DNA of 64,000 nt from an uncultured Candidatus Saccharibacteria bacterium (lineage in GTDB: Bacteria > Patescibacteriota > Minisyncoccia > Phycocordibacterales > UBA5272): NCBI GenBank assembly GCA_964512315.1, contig CAZEIK010000001.1, positions 20,408 through 84,407 of the forward strand, given 5' to 3'. Every line of letters begins with the position of its first letter. Position 1 is the first letter of the stretch. The notes under the pieces were generated by a model. The model did not search any database. It was given only the letters and a program-made list of their open reading frames with translations, and was not told the DNA's origin. Of this stretch, positions 9,160 through 19,508 are shown in pieces. Made by a program: the position numbers and the translations under genes.

Positions 9160-10956
9160 ATGCAACAAGAAATTAGAAACATCGCCATCATTGCTCACGT
9201 AGACCACGGTAAGACAACTCTTACTGATGCGCTAATGAAGCAATGTGGCACAGGAGAAGAAGGATACACAATGGACTCGAATGCACTAGAGCAGGAGCGT
9301 GGTATTACTATTTATGCCAAGAACACATCAGTTGAATACAAGGGTGTGAAGATAAATATATTGGACACACCGGGTCACGCGGACTTTGGTTCTGAGGTGG
9401 AGCGTGTGCTCCGTTCAATTGACTCGGTACTTCTTCTTGTTGATGCTCAAGAAGGTCCAATGCCACAAACAAGATTCGTGCTTAAGAAGTCTCTTGAGTT
9501 AGGTCTTAAGCCTATTGTTGTAATAAATAAAATTGATAAGCCAGCGGGAGATCCAAAGCGTGTACATGATGAGGTATTTGAGCTATTTATGGAGCTTGGG
9601 GCTAATGACGAACAGCTAGACTTCACAACTGTGTATGCTATTGGTCGCCAAGGAGTTGCGATGAAGAATGTTGATGATGAGAAAGTTAATCTCGATCCGT
9701 TGCTAGACACAATCCTAGAAAAAGTTCCAAAGGCAACAGGAGATCAGAATAACAAATTCCGCGCACAGGTATTCAACTTGGCTTATGATAACTTCCTCGG
9801 TCGTATGGCAACAGCACGTATATATGACGGTAAGGTTAAGACAGGAGAGACTATAACAGTATTGAAGTCAACAGGTGAGTCTCGTACCGGCAAAGTCTCA
9901 AAGATGTTTGCGTTTCGTGGTGTGCAACGTGTAGAGGTTGAGGAGGGTATAGCCGGAGACATTGTGATGATAGCTGGATTCCCAGACATTTTCATTGGGG
10001 AGACATTCGCAGAAGATGCCACAGTCGAGCCAGTGAAGGCTATTAACATTGATGAGCCGACTATCGCGCTTTACTTCCTAGTTAATGATTCGCCATTCGC
10101 TGGTAAGGAGGGTAAGTTCGTAACCACAAGACAGATCAGAGACAGACTTGAAAAGGAGCTTGAGGTTAACGTTGGTATGCGTGTTAATTTTGACGGTGAC
10201 AGATATGAAGTGTTCGGTCGCGGTGAGATGCATATCTCGGTACTTTTGGAGACTATGCGTCGCGAAGGTTTTGAATTACAAGTGTCACAACCTAAAGTTA
10301 TTATTCATACATTAGCTGATGGGTCTAAAGAGGAGCCATATGAGGAGCTAGTTATCGATGTTCCAACTGAGCACAGTGGTATTGTTATGGAGAAGCTCGG
10401 TAAACGTAAAGGCATGATTACTGACATGCAAGAGAAAGATGGTATCACTCGTGTGAAGGCTGAGATACCAACTCGTGGGCTACTTGGTTATCGTGGTGAA
10501 TTTATAGTAGATACTAAAGGTCTTGGAATATTGTCATCACGCTTCATCAAGTTCGGCCCTTATGCAGGCAAGATTGATCGTCGTGACGTAGGCTCGATGA
10601 CAAGTATGGAGACAGGTAAGGCGCTAGGATTCTCACTTTGGAATCTTCAAGACAGAGGTGTGCTATATATTGGTCCAGCTACTGAGGTGTATGAAGGTAT
10701 GATCATTGGTAACACAAGTAAAGGCGAGGAGATGATTGTTAATCCAACTAAGGGTAAACAGTTAACTAATATGCGTGCCAGTGGGTCAGACGAAGCTATT
10801 ACTCTTGTGCCTCCATTTGAGATTACAATTGAGCGTGGTCTTGAGATCATGAATGACGATGAGTATCTCGAGATTACTCCTAAGTCAGTTAGATTGCGCA
10901 AGCAGCTATTAACTGAGAGTGAGCGTGCCAAAGCTAATCGTAAGAAAGAAGACTAA
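9160..10956 (+). CDS. typA: translational GTPase TypA/BipA
   Basis: AHVDHGKTT G1, DTPGH, NKIDK motifs; EF-G-like domains. Confidence 0.9.
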   Translation: MQQEIRNIAIIAHVDHGKTTLTDALMKQCGTGEEGYTMDSNALEQERGITIYAKNTSVEYKGVKINILDTPGHADFGSEVERVLRSIDSVLLLVDAQEGPMPQTRFVLKKSLELGLKPIVVINKIDKPAGDPKRVHDEVFELFMELGANDEQLDFTTVYAIGRQGVAMKNVDDEKVNLDPLLDTILEKVPKATGDQNNKFRAQVFNLAYDNFLGRMATARIYDGKVKTGETITVLKSTGESRTGKVSKMFAFRGVQRVEVEEGIAGDIVMIAGFPDIFIGETFAEDATVEPVKAINIDEPTIALYFLVNDSPFAGKEGKFVTTRQIRDRLEKELEVNVGMRVNFDGDRYEVFGRGEMHISVLLETMRREGFELQVSQPKVIIHTLADGSKEEPYEELVIDVPTEHSGIVMEKLGKRKGMITDMQEKDGITRVKAEIPTRGLLGYRGEFIVDTKGLGILSSRFIKFGPYAGKIDRRDVGSMTSMETGKALGFSLWNLQDRGVLYIGPATEVYEGMIIGNTSKGEEMIVNPTKGKQLTNMRASGSDEAITLVPPFEITIERGLEIMNDDEYLEITPKSVRLRKQLLTESERAKANRKKED

Positions 10957-10966
10957 CTAAAACAAT

Positions 10967-11005
10967 AAAAGCGCCCAGGCTTTGCCTGGGCGCTTTTATT
11001 GTTTT
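10967..11005 (+). terminator. rho-independent terminator after typA (GCGCCCAGGC-loop-GCCTGGGCGC + T-run)
   Basis: 10 bp GC-rich inverted repeat followed by TTTTATTGTTTT. Confidence 0.75.
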
Positions 11006-11028
11006 AGTTGTATAATGTCTAATACTTT

Positions 11029-12789
11029 ATGCAAAAATATTTCTCTATTACATTGCGCCTTTGGAAGCTTCTAAAGCCATTCCATAGAGACTTCTATATA
11101 CAACTAGTGTCCATAGTCTTGGCTCAAGCCGCTTCTATTTTTTACATATACATGGCTGCCAAGATGTTAGATAGCATAATTTCCAAAAACTTTAACCTAG
11201 CGATTCAGGTTTTTATTTTATTTTTTGCGGTAAAAATATTAGACACAATTATTGCTTACTTTTTTGAGAAGCACTCTTTTTCAACAATTGAAACTAAAAT
11301 TCAACAATATTTGCAAGAGTATTCTTTCAGAAAAATTTTCAAGCTAAATCCTTCTCAGTACAACGAAGACCACAGCGCCATAAAAATACAAGTTGTAAGC
11401 AGAGGCGAAGGTTCGGCAGACGAGATAGTGAGCAGGTTGGTTTTGGAGATATTGCCAGTATTTACTCAGATAACTTTCTCTGTGCTGATGATATTAACTT
11501 TTTCTAAAAGTATATTCTTGATTTGCTGTATTACTTTACTTATATCTATTTTTTGGTCTTATAAGTTTACAAATTATCACAGACCTTTTGTAAAACAAAA
11601 TATGGACAACTGGGATAAGTTTCAAAAAGTTAGAACAGAGTCTTTCCAGCATTTATATCTAATAAAAATAATGTCTCAATCAGAAAAGTATATAAACAAA
11701 TACTTATCTAGCAGGGAGCAAAATATAGAGTATCATCTGTTCACTTGGTTTAAGAATATTAAGCATGCTCTTAGGAGAAGGCTATTTTTTGTTGTTAGTA
11801 GAAATATGTCTACCGCTGTTCTGGTTTATATTGCTTATTTGGGGCAGATTACAGCTGGTGGCATATATGCTGTATGGCAATATATTAATAACGTCTACGA
11901 TCAGGTCCAAGTCATAGTCCGCGCTATGCGTCAGCTGCCTTTACGTTTCGTTGAGCTGGAGAAGTATTTGGATATCATTGATAAGCAGCCTGAGTTTAGC
12001 GAGACAGGCAAACATAAGTTCTTAGATGGTGATATTATTTTTGATAATTTTTCTTTTAAGTACCCAAAGGGTGAGTCTAATGTTGTCGACAATCTGAGTC
12101 TCACTATACCGCAAGGCAATAAGGTAGCGTTCGTAGGCCACTCAGGTAGTGGCAAGAGTACAATAACCAAGTTACTTTTGCGTGCTTATGCGTATACAGA
12201 TGGCAGTATAAAGATAGGTAACTTTGAGCTTAAAGACATTAACGCAGACTCGTTAAGGCAAGGCATAGGTTATGTCGAGCAACATGTAGACCTTTTTGAC
12301 GATACCATTAAGAATAATATTTTATTTGGTGTTGATGAAAAAGTTTTAAATAAGTGGACCAAGTCAAAAGAAGTTGACGGTAAATTAGAAGAAGTTGCTA
12401 AGCTCGCCAGAATAGATGAGTTCTATAATAGGCTAGGTGAAAAGAAATTTGAAACAGAAATAGGCGAGAGAGGTATCAAGCTAAGTGGCGGTGAGCGTCA
12501 GCGTATAGGAATAGCAAGAGCTATTATAAAAGACCCTAGCATTCTTGTCTTCGATGAGGCGACATCAGCTCTCGATACAGTCAACGAGCAGTATATAAAA
12601 GAAGCCATAGACAATGTAAGTCGTGGCCGCACTACGATCATTATTGCGCATCGCTTGTCTACTATTCGTGGCGCAGATAAGATATTTGTTTTAGATCACG
12701 GACAACTAGTTGGAGAGGGTAAACATGAAGAGCTGATGCAGACTTGCTCTATATATAGAGACTTGGTAGAGCATCAAGAGTTGATGTAA
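11029..12789 (+). CDS. ABC exporter, fused permease (6 TM) + ATPase
   Basis: GHSGSGKST Walker A, LSGGERQR signature, FDEATSALD Walker B. Confidence 0.85.
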   Translation: MQKYFSITLRLWKLLKPFHRDFYIQLVSIVLAQAASIFYIYMAAKMLDSIISKNFNLAIQVFILFFAVKILDTIIAYFFEKHSFSTIETKIQQYLQEYSFRKIFKLNPSQYNEDHSAIKIQVVSRGEGSADEIVSRLVLEILPVFTQITFSVLMILTFSKSIFLICCITLLISIFWSYKFTNYHRPFVKQNMDNWDKFQKVRTESFQHLYLIKIMSQSEKYINKYLSSREQNIEYHLFTWFKNIKHALRRRLFFVVSRNMSTAVLVYIAYLGQITAGGIYAVWQYINNVYDQVQVIVRAMRQLPLRFVELEKYLDIIDKQPEFSETGKHKFLDGDIIFDNFSFKYPKGESNVVDNLSLTIPQGNKVAFVGHSGSGKSTITKLLLRAYAYTDGSIKIGNFELKDINADSLRQGIGYVEQHVDLFDDTIKNNILFGVDEKVLNKWTKSKEVDGKLEEVAKLARIDEFYNRLGEKKFETEIGERGIKLSGGERQRIGIARAIIKDPSILVFDEATSALDTVNEQYIKEAIDNVSRGRTTIIIAHRLSTIRGADKIFVLDHGQLVGEGKHEELMQTCSIYRDLVEHQELM

Positions 12790-12803
12790 AAGGTGTGACG
12801 TAT

Positions 12804-13169
12804 TTAGTAAGGTATTTTACACTCTTCAAAGCAGTGTGCATCGCGGTTAAGTTTGTATATACGATTTCTTCCAATGGTTTGGCTTTCCACCGCGTCGACA
12901 GACTGGAGAACTTGTAAGTGATGTGTGATTGTTGGTTGTTGCAAATTCATTTGTTCTGTTATTTCTCCAACAGTCATTCCTTCTTTTGTTTTGCCGAGCA
13001 TACAGACTAGGTTGTATCTACTGCGTTCCCCGACAACTTTGAAGCAGTCAGGGCAGAGCTCTTTTTCACTCGATACTTTTTTAGGAACCCATTCTGGAAC
13101 AGGGTATGTTTTTTGTTTTTCAGTATTTTTTGGTTTTTTTGGGCTTATCCCCAGCTGTTTTCTATTCAT
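12804..13169 (-). CDS. ArsR/SmtB-family HTH transcriptional regulator with extra Cys pairs
   Basis: LQQPTITHHLQVL recognition-helix motif; divergent from nrdD. Confidence 0.55.
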   Translation of the reverse strand: MNRKQLGISPKKPKNTEKQKTYPVPEWVPKKVSSEKELCPDCFKVVGERSRYNLVCMLGKTKEGMTVGEITEQMNLQQPTITHHLQVLQSVDAVESQTIGRNRIYKLNRDAHCFEECKIPY

Positions 13170-13230
13170 AGACGGTCATCTATATTATAATAAAAACTAT
13201 AGATACTTATCAATATAACATAAATATAAA

Positions 13231-15426
13231 ATGAAAACACATATACCTGTTAACATCGCTCCGAGCTTTAAAAAGATAATTAAACGTGACAGGTCACAAG
13301 TCTTGTTTGATAAGAATAAAATAGTGTTAGCAATAGCCAAAGCTGGGCATGCAACAAAAGAATTTGATTCTAATATGGCGGAATTGCTGGCAGATAAAGT
13401 TGTCACTTATCTAAACGGCATAGTTCAGGGTGATATTGTTCAAATAGAACAAGTTCAAGATGCTGTAGAGCACGTCCTGATGGTATCTCGTTTTAAAGCC
13501 ACAGCAAAAGCTTACATTTTATACAGAGAGCAACACGCAGAAATGAGAAGTTTTGCTACAATGTCATCACTCGGACTGGTTGATAATTATTTAGATAAGT
13601 TAGATTGGCAAGTAAAAGAGAATAGCAATATGGGTTATTCTCTACAAGGTTTGAACAATTACATCTTTTCAGAAGTTAGCAAAACATATTGGCTAAATAA
13701 AATATATCCAAAAGAAATACGTGACGCATACGAGGCCGGAGATATACATATACATGACTTGGGTACATTATCGATATATTGCGTTGGGTGGGACTTGATG
13801 GACTTGTTAATTACAGGCTTCAAAGGTGTTAGTGACAAGATAGAGTCAGCCCCAGCAAAGCATTTCCGTACTGCTTTGGGTCAAGTTGTGAACTTTATGT
13901 ATACGCTTCAAGGTGAAGCTGCTGGTGCGATAGCTTTTTCGAATTTCGATACATTGTTAGCACCTTTTATCCGTTATGACAACCTTAGTCAAAAAGATGT
14001 AAAGCAAGCTCTTCAAGAATTCGTCTTCAACATGAATGTTCCTACTCGTGTCGGTTTCCAGACCCCATTTTCTAATATAACTTTAGATTTGAACCCCTCT
14101 GTAAATTTCAAAGACACACCTGTAATAATAGGTGGTAAGGCACAAAAAGAAACTTATAGTGAATTTCAAAAAGAAATGGACATGTTCAACGAGGCTTTTT
14201 TTGAAGTCATGATGGAAGGCGACTCCGCAGGGAGAGTCTTTTCTTTCCCTATACCAACCGTAAACATAACAAAAGACTTTCAGTGGGATAATCCAAAATT
14301 AAAAGGATTGTGGGAGATAACTGCAAAATACGGTGTACCTTATTTTAGTAACTTTGTTAGCTCAGATATGAAGCCAGAAGACACCCGTTCTATGTGTTGT
14401 AGATTGCGTTTAGATTTAGAAGAGTTAGACAGAAGAGGCGGCGGGTTATTTGGAGCCAATGCACTTACAGGATCTGTTGGCGTGGTTACTGTTAACTTGC
14501 CTAGACTAGCTCATATTGCGAAGTCTAAAAACAAAGACTCTTTGGAGTTAGCAAAGAGAGACTTTTTCGCAAAACTCGATGAGCAGATGGATATTGCAAA
14601 AGAAAGCTTAGAAATAAAAAGAAAGTTATTAGAAAAGCTTACCGATGCTAACCTTTACCCATATACAAAGTTTTATCTTAGGAATATAAAAAGTGGTTTT
14701 GGTCAGTATTGGAAAAATCATTTCTCAACAATAGGTCTTATTGGCATGAATGAAGTATCTCTGAATCTTTTTGGAGAAAATATTGGTACACAGTCTGGTA
14801 GAGATTTTGCAGGAGAAGTTTTGGATCATATGAGGACAAGACTGGTCAAATATCAAAAAGAGACCGGGAATCTTTATAACTTAGAAGCGACTCCAGCCGA
14901 AGGAACATCCTTTCGTCTTGCTCTTAAGGATAAAAAAATGTATCCAGATATAGTTGTGGCAAATGAAAGTCTTTATAAAAAAGGAGCTAAACCTTTCTAT
15001 ACAAATTCTTCACATTTACCAGTTAATTATACAAATGACATTATTGAAACATTAAATATTCAAGATGGATTACAAACCAAGTACACAGGAGGTACAGTTA
15101 TACATTTATTTTTAGGAGAAAAGCTGACCGACTATCAATCTGTACCAAATCTTGTTAAGAAAATATGTGAGAATTATAAGTTGCCATATTTTACTATTAC
15201 GCCCACCTTCAGTGTGTGTCCTCAGCATGGCTATATATCAGGAGAATGTTTTAGCTGTGGTATGTGTGGGAACGTTTGTGAGGTCTATTCACGTATAGTT
15301 GGGTATCTCAGACCTGTTAGTCAGTGGAACGAAGGTAAACAAGCCGAGTACGATATAAGAGAAACTTATATAACAGAGCCCGTTCTTACTATTAATAGCA
15401 AAGACTTAACACAATTAGCTGCATAA
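13231..15426 (+). CDS. nrdD: anaerobic (class III) ribonucleoside-triphosphate reductase with N-terminal ATP-cone
   Basis: ATP-cone N-term, C-terminal Cys4 zinc ribbon and glycyl-radical motif RIVGY. Confidence 0.9.
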   Translation: MKTHIPVNIAPSFKKIIKRDRSQVLFDKNKIVLAIAKAGHATKEFDSNMAELLADKVVTYLNGIVQGDIVQIEQVQDAVEHVLMVSRFKATAKAYILYREQHAEMRSFATMSSLGLVDNYLDKLDWQVKENSNMGYSLQGLNNYIFSEVSKTYWLNKIYPKEIRDAYEAGDIHIHDLGTLSIYCVGWDLMDLLITGFKGVSDKIESAPAKHFRTALGQVVNFMYTLQGEAAGAIAFSNFDTLLAPFIRYDNLSQKDVKQALQEFVFNMNVPTRVGFQTPFSNITLDLNPSVNFKDTPVIIGGKAQKETYSEFQKEMDMFNEAFFEVMMEGDSAGRVFSFPIPTVNITKDFQWDNPKLKGLWEITAKYGVPYFSNFVSSDMKPEDTRSMCCRLRLDLEELDRRGGGLFGANALTGSVGVVTVNLPRLAHIAKSKNKDSLELAKRDFFAKLDEQMDIAKESLEIKRKLLEKLTDANLYPYTKFYLRNIKSGFGQYWKNHFSTIGLIGMNEVSLNLFGENIGTQSGRDFAGEVLDHMRTRLVKYQKETGNLYNLEATPAEGTSFRLALKDKKMYPDIVVANESLYKKGAKPFYTNSSHLPVNYTNDIIETLNIQDGLQTKYTGGTVIHLFLGEKLTDYQSVPNLVKKICENYKLPYFTITPTFSVCPQHGYISGECFSCGMCGNVCEVYSRIVGYLRPVSQWNEGKQAEYDIRETYITEPVLTINSKDLTQLAA

Positions 15427-15427
15427 T

Positions 15428-16117
15428 ATGTTATTTGGTGGTTTTGAAAAGTTCACTTTGATAGATTACCCAGGGAAAACTGCTTGTATGGTTTATACAG
15501 TAGGCTGCCCATTTCGTTGTCCATATTGTCACAACCCAGAGCTGGTAAGCCAGGTTTGCGAAACAAAGATTGACGAAGAAAAAGTTATAGATTTTTTAAG
15601 GTCTAGAGTTGGGCTATTGGATGGCGTCGTTATTACCGGCGGAGAGCCAAGTATGCACGGAGACAATTTGATAAATTTTATGAGAAGAGTTAAGCTGCTT
15701 AACTTTTCAATAAAGCTTGATTCCAATGGTGTCGATCCCAGCTTTTTACAAAAAGTTATTAAAGAAAATCTAGTTGATTATATAGCTATGGACATAAAGT
15801 CGCCGATGGTGAAATATATGCAAACAGTAAATAGGTCTGTGGATGTAGAAGCTATTCGCAAAAGTATAGAGTTAATTAAAAGTAGCGGTAAGGATTATGA
15901 GTTTAGGACGACCGTTCTCGATTCTTTATTATCATTTGATGATATAGATAAAATAGGTACAGAAATTTCTGGTGCCAAGAGATACTTTTTACAAAAGTTT
16001 GTATCAACAAAAACTCTTAATCCAAAGTTTGCTAAAAAGTCTACATACAAAGATGAAGATTTTATAAAAATGAAAACACTTATGGAAAGGTACGTAGACT
16101 TTTGTGGAATAAGATAA
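15428..16117 (+). CDS. nrdG: anaerobic RNR activating radical-SAM protein
   Basis: CPFRCPYCHN radical SAM CxxxCxxC motif; start 2 nt after nrdD stop. Confidence 0.85.
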   Translation: MLFGGFEKFTLIDYPGKTACMVYTVGCPFRCPYCHNPELVSQVCETKIDEEKVIDFLRSRVGLLDGVVITGGEPSMHGDNLINFMRRVKLLNFSIKLDSNGVDPSFLQKVIKENLVDYIAMDIKSPMVKYMQTVNRSVDVEAIRKSIELIKSSGKDYEFRTTVLDSLLSFDDIDKIGTEISGAKRYFLQKFVSTKTLNPKFAKKSTYKDEDFIKMKTLMERYVDFCGIR

Positions 16118-16120
16118 TTT

Positions 16121-16819
16121 ATGCTAGAAAACACAATTCAGTACATCGTTGTAAGAGTAGAAAAAGAAACGCATGATGTTTTTAGGTTAGGCCTGGCTCC
16201 AGAGGGCGGACTACTTAGTTATGTGGCAGGACAAGTTATTACAATATATTATCCAGAAGTTTCTAAAAATAAAGGCAAGGAATACAGTATCTCTAGTGCC
16301 CCAAGTGAGAATTGTTTTGAAATAACTGTAAAAAGAGTGGGAGTGTTTTCTGAGATGATTACTAGTAAAAAACCAGGGGATATTATTATCGGGTCCCTGC
16401 CTTATGGGTATTTTTATACAGAGTCAGAAGTTTCTGATTTGGTATTTTTAGCTGGAGGTATTGGAGTCGTGCCGTTCATGAGTATTATAGTAGAAACCTT
16501 GAAACTTAATCCAACTAGGAAGATTAGTCTTTTTTATTCTAATAAAAATCTCAAAGATATTGTGTTTAAAAGTAAGTTAGATAACTTGGTCAAGTTACAC
16601 AAAAGTAACTTTCATGTTTTTTATTATTTAACAAAGGAAGTATCGTGTGAGGCTGACACAAAGAGTGGCAGAATATCAGTCCAAGACGTTCTGCAATATT
16701 GTAACAACGAGACAGAGCTCTTTCTCTGTGGATCAAGCGGTTTTGTGTCTAGTTACTACAGGGCTCTTGTTCAAAATAACACATCAGAGCAAAACATTTT
16801 CACCGAAGAGTTTTCCTAG
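16121..16819 (+). CDS. FNR-family FAD/NAD(P)-binding oxidoreductase (Fpr-like ferredoxin/flavodoxin reductase module)
   Basis: R-x-Y-S FAD motif, GGIGVVP NAD(P) motif; positioned to follow nrdG. Confidence 0.6.
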   Translation: MLENTIQYIVVRVEKETHDVFRLGLAPEGGLLSYVAGQVITIYYPEVSKNKGKEYSISSAPSENCFEITVKRVGVFSEMITSKKPGDIIIGSLPYGYFYTESEVSDLVFLAGGIGVVPFMSIIVETLKLNPTRKISLFYSNKNLKDIVFKSKLDNLVKLHKSNFHVFYYLTKEVSCEADTKSGRISVQDVLQYCNNETELFLCGSSGFVSSYYRALVQNNTSEQNIFTEEFS

Positions 16820-16866
16820 GTGGTGTTATACTTTTATTAAGTTACCTTTATCTTTAAATTTAAAAC

Positions 16867-18111
16867 ATGTATTCATATATTATATTTGAAATATTATCTT
16901 GGTTGTCTGGTCTTGTGGCTGCGATAGTTTTTTTGGAGCATTTATTAAAAAGAAAGTCTATTAGAGATTTTTTTAAAAGAAAGTGGGTATATATACCAAT
17001 TATAGTTTTGGTGTTGTCATATTTTGGTGGCGTTTTATCAGATAGAACTTATTCTCCTGGGTTTGCTATGCCTATGTTCATGCACACAATGGCTCCAGGC
17101 GGGGTAGCGCCGAATTTACCTTTCGCTAATGTGATTAACTTTTTTAAAAGCCAATCTAATTTTGAAAAGGTTTCAGATATAGGAAGAGATCCTAATGATG
17201 TGCCATCAGCCTTAAGTAGAGATACATCACAAGAAGTTAAGATAAATATAAATGTTAAAGAAGTTATAAGTGAGGTATCGCCAGGAATTTATTTTAATTA
17301 TTGGACATTTGATAATGCTGTACCTGGTCCAATGTATAGAGTAAGAGAAGGGGATACTATTATCATGTCTATAACCAACGACAAGACAAGTTTACATCAT
17401 CACAACATAGATCTTCATGCCGTGACAGGTCAAGGCGGAGGAGCCTCACTTACCGACGTTATGCCAGGAGAAACCAAAACATTTAAATGGAAAGCTCTCA
17501 ATCCTGGACTTTTTATTTATCATTGTGCCATGCCAAATGTGAGTACTCATAATTCGCATGGTCAATATGGCTTGATACTTGTTGAACCGAAAGAAGGGTT
17601 AGCAAAAGTAGACAAAGAGTTTTATGTGGTTCAGGGTGAACTTTATACAATGGGGGAAATAGGTAAAAAGGGGCTAACTATTTTTGATTCACAAGCCCTT
17701 GTTGATGGGCATCCGAATTATGTTACATTCAACGGTAAGATAGAAAGCTCGCCACGTATGCACGCAAAAGTCGGAGATAAAATACGTATTTATTTTGGTA
17801 ATGGTGGTGTTAACTTAATATCTTCATTCCATGTTATTGGTGAGATATTTGACAAAGTTTATCCAGAAGGCGCAATAGGTGAAGGTGGTGCGGTTTTAAA
17901 AAATGTTCAGACAACAGCTGTGTTGCCTGGTGGGTCTACAATCGTAGAGTTTAAGGTAGATGTTCCAGGTAAATATTTGTTAGTGGATCATGCTCTAGCT
18001 AGGATGAACAAGGGAGCCTGGGCGGTGTTAGAGGTCACAGGGTCTAGTACTCCAGAAATATATTCTCCAGTATATCAAGAGGGAGAGGATATGGAAGACA
18101 TGCAGCATTAG
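16867..18111 (+). CDS. nirK: copper-containing nitrite reductase (two-cupredoxin NirK) with N-terminal 2-TM anchor
   Basis: HHHNIDLHAVTGQGG (type 1/type 2 Cu His ligands) and YHCA...H...M type 1 Cu site; N-terminal hydrophobic helices. Confidence 0.75.
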   Translation: MYSYIIFEILSWLSGLVAAIVFLEHLLKRKSIRDFFKRKWVYIPIIVLVLSYFGGVLSDRTYSPGFAMPMFMHTMAPGGVAPNLPFANVINFFKSQSNFEKVSDIGRDPNDVPSALSRDTSQEVKININVKEVISEVSPGIYFNYWTFDNAVPGPMYRVREGDTIIMSITNDKTSLHHHNIDLHAVTGQGGGASLTDVMPGETKTFKWKALNPGLFIYHCAMPNVSTHNSHGQYGLILVEPKEGLAKVDKEFYVVQGELYTMGEIGKKGLTIFDSQALVDGHPNYVTFNGKIESSPRMHAKVGDKIRIYFGNGGVNLISSFHVIGEIFDKVYPEGAIGEGGAVLKNVQTTAVLPGGSTIVEFKVDVPGKYLLVDHALARMNKGAWAVLEVTGSSTPEIYSPVYQEGEDMEDMQH

Positions 18112-18126
18112 TTAAAATAAAGTGTT

Positions 18127-18155
18127 TAAAACAGGCGCGGTTAGCGCCTGTTTTT
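18127..18155 (+). terminator. rho-independent terminator after nirK
   Basis: AAAACAGGCGCGG-TTA-GCGCCTGTTTTT. Confidence 0.75.
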
Positions 18156-18360
18156 GCGAAAGTTGTTCAGGTTGTAGGGGAGCGATGTAACCTTCCTTTG
18201 GCGAAGGTATGCAACCAGCATGCACGCCGACAACTCACTGGGGCACCTGATGAAAATAGCTTTTTTGGGTCCAAGCATTGCGACAACGTGTACGACTTTC
18301 GGTAGTGTCTTAGCGATATGTCTGAGCACTTCGCTGGAGGGAATGTAATGGTCTAACATT

Positions 18361-18699
18361 TTGCACCTGTTTCTGTCTGTGGAGCTAGTATTAAGTGTAG
18401 CATGTTATTATTTGTATATGAAAAATATCGCACTTAAGACCAAGATATGGCAATGGCCAGGCGATACGCCTTGGCATTTTGTAACAATAAGCAAAGCTGA
18501 CACCCAGAAGTTGCGAGCAGCATTCCCGCGTGCAGCAATGGTCAAGGTGGAGGCCAAAATAGAGGGTGTTGAGTGGCTAACTTCACTTTTTTACAGCAGG
18601 GAGGGTCAGGCCTATATAATGCCTATTAAGAAGGGTGTACGCCAAAAGCTAGGCCTATTCCATAGTGAGGAGGTAGAGGTGAACATAAAAGTACTGTAA
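18361..18699 (+). CDS. hypothetical protein (DUF1905-like), start uncertain
   Basis: small conserved-looking ORF; upstream 200 bp is GC-richer than surroundings. Confidence 0.4.
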   Translation: MHLFLSVELVLSVACYYLYMKNIALKTKIWQWPGDTPWHFVTISKADTQKLRAAFPRAAMVKVEAKIEGVEWLTSLFYSREGQAYIMPIKKGVRQKLGLFHSEEVEVNIKVL

Positions 18700-18738
18700 A
18701 AATAAAAACAAACCTCACCTTCGGGCAGGAATTATTTT

Positions 18739-19311
18739 TTATTCTTGTAAAGCTTCTTTTAACAGTTCTGGGAATTCTCTTGTATTCATATCTTCCAAAC
18801 AAAAGTGCCCGTAGTTTTCAAAGTTAACCAATTTAATATTTTGAATAGATTCGGTTATTTTCTCGATGCTATCTTTAACTGTCTGGTCGTCGTTAGATGA
18901 TGCAAAAATAGTAATACCTGAAGTTTTTAAAGTTAAGTTACCATCTAAGTGCAGATTATTAAACATCTCAATCTCTTCTTCGCCTTTTGAATTTATCCAA
19001 GGCGCAACAAGAACAACTTTTCCTACTTTTATATTATTTTCTGAGAGAAATTTAACAATAAATCCAGCGCCACAAGAATGTCCTACAAGAATAGTGTCTT
19101 CATTAATTTCAAACCGCTCAAAAACAGACAGCCACTTTTCATAGTTTGGGTTGTAGGATTCAGGCATTTCTGGTGCATATGAAGGTGTTCCATTTATTTC
19201 CAAATGCTCTTTTAACCAGGGTAGCCAGTGGGACCCAGATTCGCTATTTAGGTTAGGGTCCAAATATTCTTTTTTATCAGACATTCCATGAATTATTATC
19301 GCAGTTTTCAT
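18739..19311 (-). CDS. alpha/beta-fold serine hydrolase (YdeN/RBBP9-like)
   Basis: GHSCG nucleophile elbow, ~190 aa. Confidence 0.6.
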   Translation of the reverse strand: MKTAIIIHGMSDKKEYLDPNLNSESGSHWLPWLKEHLEINGTPSYAPEMPESYNPNYEKWLSVFERFEINEDTILVGHSCGAGFIVKFLSENNIKVGKVVLVAPWINSKGEEEIEMFNNLHLDGNLTLKTSGITIFASSNDDQTVKDSIEKITESIQNIKLVNFENYGHFCLEDMNTREFPELLKEALQE

Positions 19312-19318
19312 GTAAAAT

Positions 19319-19393
19319 TGGTGACCTTACGGGGAATCGAACCCCGATTTGAGCCGTGAGAGGGCTCTGTCCTAACCGTTAGACGATAAGGCC
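19319..19393 (-). tRNA. tRNA-Glu (anticodon CTC), CCA encoded
   Basis: cloverleaf: acceptor GGCCTTA/TAAGGTC, T-arm GGTTCGATTCC, anticodon loop CTCTCAC. Confidence 0.8.
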
Positions 19394-19479
19394 AATTTAT
19401 AGATAATAACATATATATAGAGAATTAGCAAAAACCCTTATAAGATAAGGCTTTTCTAGATAGTTTGACCCTAAAAGAC

Positions 19480-19508
19480 TTGACAAAAGTATATGAGTAT
19501 GCTACAAT
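19480..19508 (+). promoter_or_regulatory. sigma70 consensus promoter TTGACA-17-TACAAT, followed by a second TTGACA and a 10 bp imperfect inverted repeat
   Basis: exact consensus hexamers with 17 bp spacer ~90 nt upstream of the 19599 gene. Confidence 0.6.
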
